Source of the DNA: an uncultured Aureispira sp. | GTDB lineage: Bacteria; Bacteroidota; Bacteroidia; Chitinophagales; Saprospiraceae | NCBI GenBank assembly: GCA_964449615.1 | Contig: CAYUZF010000011.1 | Coordinates: forward strand, 1-46,451 | Direction: 5' to 3' | Length of the DNA stretch: 46,451 nucleotides | Part shown: in pieces, positions 9,738 to 16,459 of the stretch | Position numbering within the stretch: position 1 is the stretch's first letter | How the letters are laid out: the number at the start of each line of letters is the position of its first letter | Made by a program: the position numbers and the translations under genes | The notes under the pieces: model-generated | The model's database searches: none | Told to the model about the DNA's origin: nothing | The model's input: the letters and a program-made list of their open reading frames with translations, nothing else

Positions 9738-10679
9738 CTATTCGGAAGGCTTGTTCAAATCCAAATCAATCAAGTAAATAGGGCGGCGCTTTACAGTTTC
9801 GTATACTTTACCAATATAAATGCCCACGATGCCCAACATAAAGGACAACATGCCGATGCCGAGCCATATGGATAAAATTAAACTGGTGTAGCCTGGTTCG
9901 GTAATGTACCCTAAGATGTATTTGATGAGGTTATAAATGGCAATTAGAATAGAAATAGACATCACCCACATCCCAAATTTAACCATCAACCAAAGTGGTT
10001 TTTCGGAAAAAGATAGAATATTGTTCATCGCTAGGCGCAAGAGCTGTTTGAGCGTATAGGAAGACGGCCCTACATAGCGAGCGTGGTGCTCTACAGGCAG
10101 AGTCGTTTGCCGAAAGCCTACCCAACGACACATCGTAGGAAGGTAGCGGTTGTAATCTTCCATTTTCAGAATACTTTGGATTACCTTCTTGTGATAAATA
10201 CCAAAATTAGCAATGGAGTTGTCCTGCTCCGTCTCTGTCATATAGCTGAACACTTTATAAAACAATTTGGAAGACAACCGTTTCAAGAAATGGTCTTGCC
10301 GCTCAATGCGTTGCGCATAGACGACTTCAAAACCTTCCTGCGCTTTTTGGTACAAACGTTCAATTTCGGCAGGATAGTCTTGCAAATCGCAATCCATCAC
10401 CACCATCCATTCGCCACGAGCAGCAGCCAGCCCCGCAGTAATCGCGGCATGTTGGCCAAAATTTCGGCTCAATTTTATACCCCGAACATGGGCAAAAGTT
10501 TGACAAGCCTCCGCAATTTTAATCCAAGAATCGTCAGGGCTTCCATCCTCCACCAAGATAATTTCGAAGGCAGGCGTTACCCGCTGTACGTATTTGTTGA
10601 TACTGGCTACCAACTCCTCTACAATTGCAGCAGCTTTGTACACGGGTGAAACAATAGAAATTAAAGGTTTCTCGGACAT
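9738..10679 (-). CDS. GT2 polyprenyl-phosphate glycosyltransferase (GtrB/ArnC-like)
   Basis: ISIVSPVY, EDGSPD, LSRNFGQHAAITAGL, MDCDLQD, two C-terminal TM helices and RPIY. ATG at 10679. Confidence 0.85.
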   Translation of the reverse strand: MSEKPLISIVSPVYKAAAIVEELVASINKYVQRVTPAFEIILVEDGSPDDSWIKIAEACQTFAHVRGIKLSRNFGQHAAITAGLAAARGEWMVVMDCDLQDYPAEIERLYQKAQEGFEVVYAQRIERQDHFLKRLSSKLFYKVFSYMTETEQDNSIANFGIYHKKVIQSILKMEDYNRYLPTMCRWVGFRQTTLPVEHHARYVGPSSYTLKQLLRLAMNNILSFSEKPLWLMVKFGMWVMSISILIAIYNLIKYILGYITEPGYTSLILSIWLGIGMLSFMLGIVGIYIGKVYETVKRRPIYLIDLDLNKPSE

Positions 10680-10751
10680 AAGCGACACGTTATTTATAAT
10701 ATAAAATTTCAAAACAGTGCCCTCTACCACTGTTTCCACTTTTACAAGTTG

Positions 10752-10759
10752 CAAAGGTA
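10752..10759 (-). promoter_or_regulatory. Bacteroidota -7 promoter element for the GT2 gene
   Basis: Minus-strand TACCTTTG, an exact TAnnTTTG match ~70 bp upstream of the ATG. Confidence 0.5.
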
Positions 10760-10932
10760 AAAAATAAACAAGGGCTACCTTTAACTCTGTGCATTAATTG
10801 CCACAGTGCGCTCGAATCCATAGACCACACATAAAAAAACATTGCATAATTACTCGGCAACGTCCGTATAGTTTCCCTTAGACTTGTAGATAGGAATACA
10901 AGGATAAAAAAGAGTACATTAGGATTGATCAT

Positions 10933-10981
10933 CACGTTACACGTATCAAGTGGCACGTGCAACGTTTAAAGTGGAACGTGT
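10933..10981. repeat. Degenerate heptamer tandem array (7 units, MAMGTnn)
   Basis: CACGTTA CACGTAT CAAGTGG CACGTGC AACGTTT AAAGTGG AACGTGT. Confidence 0.65.
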
Positions 10982-11236
10982 ATCACTGCCAAGTATCCGA
11001 GCAAAAGAATCCGATTATTTATAGGAACTATTAAACTAGTCTATCAGGTTTTTTGTATTTTCCTAGCGCTCAAATACTAGATTAATACAACCCACTATTT
11101 TCGTTATTAAAATTATTATAATAAACCTAATTAGAGGTAATGTGTTAATAGTGGGCTGAACGCACTATTTTGTAGTTGGTCAACGGCATTTCAGTCGTCC
11201 ACCCAAACACACCGCACCGATATAACACACACAGAG

Positions 11237-12610
11237 ATGAAGACAACGACAGAGGGGATCAGAATTTTTATTGTAGAAGACGACCTAATTTTTGCAAAAA
11301 CGATCCGTTATATTTTAACCTTGAATCCAGACCACGATGTTCGTGTTTTTAAGACGGGTAAAGAATGTTTAAACCACTTGCATCTCAATCCACACATTGT
11401 TTCTTTAGATTATAGCTTACCCGATATGACGGGAGGCGAAGTGCTGCGCCGTATCAAGATACACAACCCTGACATTGGCGTTATTATACTATCGGGCCAG
11501 CAGGATGTTGCGACAGCAGTGGAGCTGCTTCAAAAAGGGGCAGATGACTATTTAACCAAAGACGAAGCCAACAAGGAACGGTTGTTCAACATTGTTGAAA
11601 AACTAAAAAAGAGCATTTCGCTACAGCAAGAAGTAGAAACATTAAAAGAGGAGCTGACTGAAAAATATCAGTTTAGCGAAAGCATGAAAGGCAACAGCAC
11701 CGCCATGCAGAAGGTGTTTAAGCTTTTGGAAAAATGCGCCAGCAGCAACATCACCGTCTCTGTGACAGGGGAAACGGGAACAGGTAAAGAATTGGTTGCC
11801 AAGAGTATACATTACAACTCGGCTCGAAAAAAAGGAAAGTTCATTGCCATTAACGTTAGTGCAATTCCCAAAGATTTATTAGAAAGTGAGCTGTTTGGTT
11901 ATGAAAAAGGCGCTTTTACAGGAGCGACTACGCGCAAGCAGGGAAAATTCGAAGCGGCCAACAACGGCACGTTATTTCTGGATGAGATTGGAGAAATGGA
12001 ACTGCATTTGCAGGCTAAGTTGTTGCGGGCTTTGCAGGAGCGAGAAGTCACACGCATCGGAGGCAACGAAACCATCAAATTTGATGCGCGCATCATTGTG
12101 GCCACCCACCGCAATCTATCTGACTTGGTAAGCAAAGGAAACTTCCGCGAAGATTTGTATTACCGCCTGTTGGGACTGCCCATTCATTTGCCGCCCTTGC
12201 GCCAGCGTGGCAATGATGTATTGATTTTGGCTAAGTTTTTTCTAAATGCTACGGCAAAAGAAAACGGTTTAGGACCGATGAAATTAGGCCAAACGGCCAA
12301 AGATAAATTGCTTTCTTACAATTTTCCTGGCAACATTAGAGAGCTAAAAGCTATTATTGAGTTAGCCGCTATTATGTGCAACGGCAAAACCATACAACGA
12401 GAAGATTTACAATTCAACAGCCCCAAGAAAAACGCCAATTTCTTTTTAGAAGAGATGACACTGCGCGAATACAACATTAAAATAGTTCGCCATTACCTCA
12501 AACAAAACGACAACAACATTCCCAAAGTAGCTAAGATCCTCGGTATCGGCAAAACCACCATTTACCGCATGCTCAAGGAAGATGAAGAATTTAATAAGAG
12601 AGACGCCTAA
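11237..12610 (+). CDS. Sigma-54-dependent response regulator (NtrC family: REC, AAA+, Fis-HTH)
   Basis: IVEDD...LDYSLPD receiver, GETGTGKE Walker A, ESELFG, GAFTGA, LFLDEIGE, FREDLYYRL and a C-terminal HTH. Confidence 0.93.
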   Translation: MKTTTEGIRIFIVEDDLIFAKTIRYILTLNPDHDVRVFKTGKECLNHLHLNPHIVSLDYSLPDMTGGEVLRRIKIHNPDIGVIILSGQQDVATAVELLQKGADDYLTKDEANKERLFNIVEKLKKSISLQQEVETLKEELTEKYQFSESMKGNSTAMQKVFKLLEKCASSNITVSVTGETGTGKELVAKSIHYNSARKKGKFIAINVSAIPKDLLESELFGYEKGAFTGATTRKQGKFEAANNGTLFLDEIGEMELHLQAKLLRALQEREVTRIGGNETIKFDARIIVATHRNLSDLVSKGNFREDLYYRLLGLPIHLPPLRQRGNDVLILAKFFLNATAKENGLGPMKLGQTAKDKLLSYNFPGNIRELKAIIELAAIMCNGKTIQREDLQFNSPKKNANFFLEEMTLREYNIKIVRHYLKQNDNNIPKVAKILGIGKTTIYRMLKEDEEFNKRDA

Positions 12611-12683
12611 CGGCGCCTTTTAATAACCTGTTTTTACAACAAGACCACCATTAGGAGGTCGTAGAAAACAAAAACAAACCACT

Positions 12684-13031
12684 ATGAAATTGACGGTAGA
12701 CCTGACATTTCTAAATGAAATTAGTGATGGGGATCAAGAGTTTATTACAGATGTGTTGCAAACCTTTTTAGAGGAAATGCCCAAGGATATGAGACAATTA
12801 CGAGAAGCGATCGCCGCAAAAAACGTTCAAGACATTGGGAAAGTCGCCCATAAAACCAAATCTACGTTGCAGACATTGGGGCTACACGACTTGCGCGAAA
12901 TGGCTTTTACCATAGAACAGAACGCCAAAGATAGAATTCCGATTACGGTGGAAGAATTGAGCGAACGAGCAACCTCTTTTGCAGGTTATATCGACAAAGC
13001 TTGCATCAAAGTAAAGACGCTGCTGGATTAG
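12684..13031 (+). CDS. Stand-alone Hpt (histidine phosphotransfer) protein
   Basis: 115 aa, helical; VDLTFLNEISDGD and AHKTKS (HxxK) motif. Confidence 0.85.
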   Translation: MKLTVDLTFLNEISDGDQEFITDVLQTFLEEMPKDMRQLREAIAAKNVQDIGKVAHKTKSTLQTLGLHDLREMAFTIEQNAKDRIPITVEELSERATSFAGYIDKACIKVKTLLD

Positions 13032-13050
13032 GGGGGAGTAAGATGCCCCT

Positions 13051-14385
13051 TTATAGTTTTTTAAGTTGTTTTTCTAACCGTTTTATCTTGGCCGTGTGCG
13101 GCTTGCGGATCGCTTCGAAGGTCGCTTTGTGCCGCTGTTTGACAATGCTGAACACCGCTGCGCGAAACAGCGGATTGGTTTCAAAGTAGGCACTGTCGCT
13201 TTTATTGGCATCGTTGTAAAAAGAAGGCGAATTGCGGCGCGCTTGTGCCATCGCTTCGGTTTTGAGAAAAAGATTGTTTTCAAACAACGTTTTGATCTGT
13301 GCTTGTTCTTCTTGTTCTAAGGCGCGTTTGAGGCTTACCAACTGCTCTTTGAACTGCTTTTTCTGCAAGGCTTTTTGCCTGGCTTTGCCCGCTTGTGCTT
13401 TCTGGGTCTTTTTCTTTTCCTCTACATAATCCACCAATTCCTTTTTGTGTACCACGCTGTTGAAATAGGCTGCTAGATTGTCTATTTTTTGAGAACGGCT
13501 GGCCTTGAGCGCTTGTTGGTTGCGCACGTATTGCACCCGCGCTTGCAAATATTCTAGCTCGTATTTCTTAAAGTAAAGCTGCTGGTTCTCAGCGGTTATT
13601 TGCCACTCCTCAAACGTTTCTTCCAACTGCGTTTTTAAAGGGCTAGTGCTAGATGCTTCTAGTTCCTGCTCCATAATAGCGGGGCATAGATTGGCTTCTA
13701 TTTCAAATAAAATAGCGGTGACTTTACGCCCTTTTTTTATTTCTGTAAACGCAAAACGAATGTCTGTATGCTGTTGCAAATCCTCCTGCGCCTTCTTGAT
13801 GATACGGCTCTTGAAATGTCCGTACAGCTTGTATTTGTCGCTTACGCCTAAAATTACTTTCAGCTGTTCCAGCCCAAATTCCCGATAACCCAGCGTTTCA
13901 TATTGCTTCAACAACTCGTAAATACGGATAGAATAGACACTGGATATCTTCAGAACATTGCGAATGTCATAAGAGAGAAAGGTACGCTTGAGCTGTAACA
14001 AATAGGGCTTCAAATCGGGATGAAAAGACAGCTCTATATAGCCCTCCTTTTTCTTGGGAATGGTAGCCTGTGCAATGAGTCCCGTCTTTAACAGCCGCTC
14101 CTCCCCGTTTTCCGTGTAAGGAATGGTGACCACCTTTTTCAACAACGAATCAGGTACCGCTTTGATTTTCACATAAGCATCATTGTCATTCACCCCAAAG
14201 AACTGCACCAAGTCTTTAATTTGTAATTTGTATTTCTTAAAATCAGCATCGCCAGGCTGGATTAAACTCACCAGTTTGGTAAAAACACGGGTTTCCCAAA
14301 TAGAAAAATGGTAACGCGCTTCTACCAGATTGTTGGATTTTGTTACCAGCGCTTTAACGGGCTGCTCTTCTGTTCGTTTGGCCAT
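13051..14385 (-). CDS. Plasmid-type replication initiator (Rep_3/RepB family) with a long C-terminal extension
   Basis: KSNNLVEARY, FHPDLKPYLLQLK, SVYSIRIYELLKQY, FKSRIIKKA and KKGRKVTAILF, typical of winged-helix Rep_3 proteins. Iterons lie upstream. Confidence 0.88.
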   Translation of the reverse strand: MAKRTEEQPVKALVTKSNNLVEARYHFSIWETRVFTKLVSLIQPGDADFKKYKLQIKDLVQFFGVNDNDAYVKIKAVPDSLLKKVVTIPYTENGEERLLKTGLIAQATIPKKKEGYIELSFHPDLKPYLLQLKRTFLSYDIRNVLKISSVYSIRIYELLKQYETLGYREFGLEQLKVILGVSDKYKLYGHFKSRIIKKAQEDLQQHTDIRFAFTEIKKGRKVTAILFEIEANLCPAIMEQELEASSTSPLKTQLEETFEEWQITAENQQLYFKKYELEYLQARVQYVRNQQALKASRSQKIDNLAAYFNSVVHKKELVDYVEEKKKTQKAQAGKARQKALQKKQFKEQLVSLKRALEQEEQAQIKTLFENNLFLKTEAMAQARRNSPSFYNDANKSDSAYFETNPLFRAAVFSIVKQRHKATFEAIRKPHTAKIKRLEKQLKKL

Positions 14386-14452
14386 AGCCGAAGGCTTTTA
14401 ATAAGCTATTTTGATCACACATTAAGGCTACAATATACGGCCTTTTTTTAAT

Positions 14453-14478
14453 TATCACAAGTCTTTTTTATTGTGATA
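14453..14478. promoter_or_regulatory. Inverted half-iteron pair; putative Rep autorepression operator over the rep promoter
   Basis: TATCACAA-N10-TTGTGATA. A -7-like TATATTGT lies on the minus strand at 14430-14437, and its -33 position falls in the left arm. Confidence 0.55.
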
Positions 14479-14783
14479 GTTTCCGCTTTTCGTGATAGTT
14501 GAACGCGCTTTCAATCGCTGCAATTTCACTTCAAAATAAGTGTTTTTGTAAACATTGATTCTAATTTATTTATTTATATTTTTTTATAATAAAATCTGAA
14601 CTTAGACGTCCAATTTTCCGTTTTCCGTGATAATAGTTTCCGCTTTTCGTGATAATAGCGCCCGCCCACAACAACTTTGATTTTATAAAAAACAGCCTCT
14701 ACGATACTTTAAACGCAGCTTCTAAGCATTTTCATTCAAAAAACCATTTTAAATTTTAGGCTTGAAAGCAAGGCAAAAAAAAG

Positions 14784-14792
14784 TTATCCACA
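14784..14792 (+). promoter_or_regulatory. DnaA box
   Basis: Perfect TTATCCACA ending ~20 bp before the main iteron cluster. Confidence 0.7.
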
Positions 14793-14943
14793 TTTGCAAA
14801 ATAGGGTAGTTTCCGTTTTTTGTGATAATAAGGGTTCACTGTCCGTTTTTTGTGATAATAGTTTCCGCTTTTTGTGATAATAGTTTCCGCTTTTCGTGAT
14901 AGTTCACCCGCTTTTTGTGATAGTTCACCCGCTTTTTGTGATA

Positions 14944-15060
14944 ATAGATTTTATAACTAATTGATTATCAGAGGCTCCAGAGCGCCGAAAACATATAAAA
15001 CAAGAGTAAAACAAAAGAAAACATACAAAAGGAACGTTGTTTTCTTTTTTAAAAAAAAAG
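14944..15060. other. AT-rich putative DNA-unwinding element of the iteron origin
   Basis: Directly follows the phased iterons. AAAACA at 14988, 14997, 15008 and 15018, then a T6A8 tract. Confidence 0.55.
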
Positions 15061-15321
15061 GAAGGTTAAAAACACTGGTTTGCCCGCCGTCCGTTTTTCG
15101 TGATAGTTCAAAATTGGAAGTATTTTTCTAAAAAGTAGACGCTAGAGGCTGCTCTAGCGGGGAGGGGGAAATTTCGCTCAAATTTTTATTAATATTATAA
15201 CTAAAAATTATTAAAACAAATATTGACAACAGGTTTATTTATCCGCGTTATTTTTTCTTTAATCAGGGTCAAACTCCTTACTTTGCGTTTCTCACATCAC
15301 CGCCATTAAAAATCTTTTTTG

Positions 15322-16398
15322 ATGAAGAAAATGAAGAACAGTTATACCCACAAGGATCAGTATTACGGAGATTATTTGGGCTTGGACAAAATTTTAGACG
15401 CGCAGCACCCCGAAAGCGAAGCCAGAAACGTGGAGGCACACGATGAGATGTTGTTTATCATCATCCACCAAGCTTACGAATTGTGGTTCAAACAAATCAT
15501 GCACGAACTCGATTCTATCCTTGCCATTTTTTCCAACGACAAGGTTAGCGACAATCGAGGCGATTTACAAATCGTGGTACACCGCAGCAACCGCATCGTA
15601 GAAATTTGGAAACTACTGGTAGCGCAGGTGCGGGTACTGGAAACCATGACGCCCATGGACTTTTTGGACTTTCGCGACTTATTGACGCCTGCTTCGGGCT
15701 TCCAAAGCGTTCAATTTCGCGCCTTAGAGGCCAAATTAGGCCTTGAAATGGAACACCGCCACCAGAAGCGCCACTATCAAGAACAACTGCGCCCTGAGGA
15801 CGTTCAGCGCGTTCACGAGGTAGAGGAGCAAACTTCCTTTATCAAGTTGCTGGGAGAATGGCTAGAACGCTTGCCTTTTTGGCAAGACGAGTACTGGGTA
15901 GCCTTCCAAGCAGAACAGGGCTTAGAGGGCGATATACACCCCTTCTGGGCCTATTACCGAAAGGTGTACGAAGAGGGGCTGATCAGCGCCGAGCGGAAAG
16001 CCATTGCCATGAGCGATTTTGACCAGTTGTTTTTAGAGGAAGATGGCGGTGGCGCACACTTGAGTGCAAAGGCGATGCGCGCCGTGTTGTTTATCACGCT
16101 TTACCGCGATTATCCGCTCTTGCAAGCGCCCTACCAGTTGCTGAGCAAATGGCTGGAGGTAGACGAACTGATGGCCAACTGGCGCTACCGGCACATGAGC
16201 ATGGTGCGCCGTATGATTGGGATGCGCGTAGGTACGGGCGGTTCTTCGGGCGCCAAGTACCTGAAAGGAGCACTAGAGAAACACCACATCTTTGGCGATC
16301 TCACCCGTGTAACTACCTATCTAGTACCCCGCATGCGCATTCCTGAATTGCCAAAACAACTTTCTGACGAACTGAGTTTTAGATGGCCAAAGCTGTAG
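15322..16398 (+). CDS. kynA: Tryptophan 2,3-dioxygenase
   Basis: YGDYLGLDKIL, HDEMLFIIIHQAYELWFKQ, PASGFQSVQFR, WRYRH and GTGGSSG. The start could be 15331. Confidence 0.93.
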   Translation: MKKMKNSYTHKDQYYGDYLGLDKILDAQHPESEARNVEAHDEMLFIIIHQAYELWFKQIMHELDSILAIFSNDKVSDNRGDLQIVVHRSNRIVEIWKLLVAQVRVLETMTPMDFLDFRDLLTPASGFQSVQFRALEAKLGLEMEHRHQKRHYQEQLRPEDVQRVHEVEEQTSFIKLLGEWLERLPFWQDEYWVAFQAEQGLEGDIHPFWAYYRKVYEEGLISAERKAIAMSDFDQLFLEEDGGGAHLSAKAMRAVLFITLYRDYPLLQAPYQLLSKWLEVDELMANWRYRHMSMVRRMIGMRVGTGGSSGAKYLKGALEKHHIFGDLTRVTTYLVPRMRIPELPKQLSDELSFRWPKL

Positions 16399-16402
16399 AG
16401 GC

Positions 16403-16459
16403 GGGCACAAGGGGCAAGGGCTATCTCGGCTATACTCGATAGCCTTGCGCCTTGTGCCC
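16403..16459. terminator. Long GC-rich hairpin between convergent genes (likely bidirectional terminator)
   Basis: GGGCACAAGGGGCAAGGGCTATC ... GATAGCCTTGCGCCTTGTGCCC fills almost the whole intergenic gap. Confidence 0.65.

Larger units (their letters stand above)
14483..15105 (+). repeat. Iteron array: 10 direct copies of the 15-bp core CCGYTTTYYGTGATA
   Basis: Cores start at 14483, 14618, 14640, 14813, 14843, 14865, 14887, 14908, 14929 and 15091. The five copies from 14843 to 14929 are spaced 22/22/21/21 bp. Confidence 0.9.

Noticed and set aside
10951-10965. TGGCACG as a sigma-54 -24 element
   Set aside because: There is no GC at the -12 position, and the sequence is part of the heptamer array.
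14483-15105. Repeat cluster as a CRISPR array
   Set aside because: Cores are 15 bp with 6-7 bp linkers and no unique ~30-bp spacers, and there are no cas genes. The adjacent Rep gene explains them as iterons.
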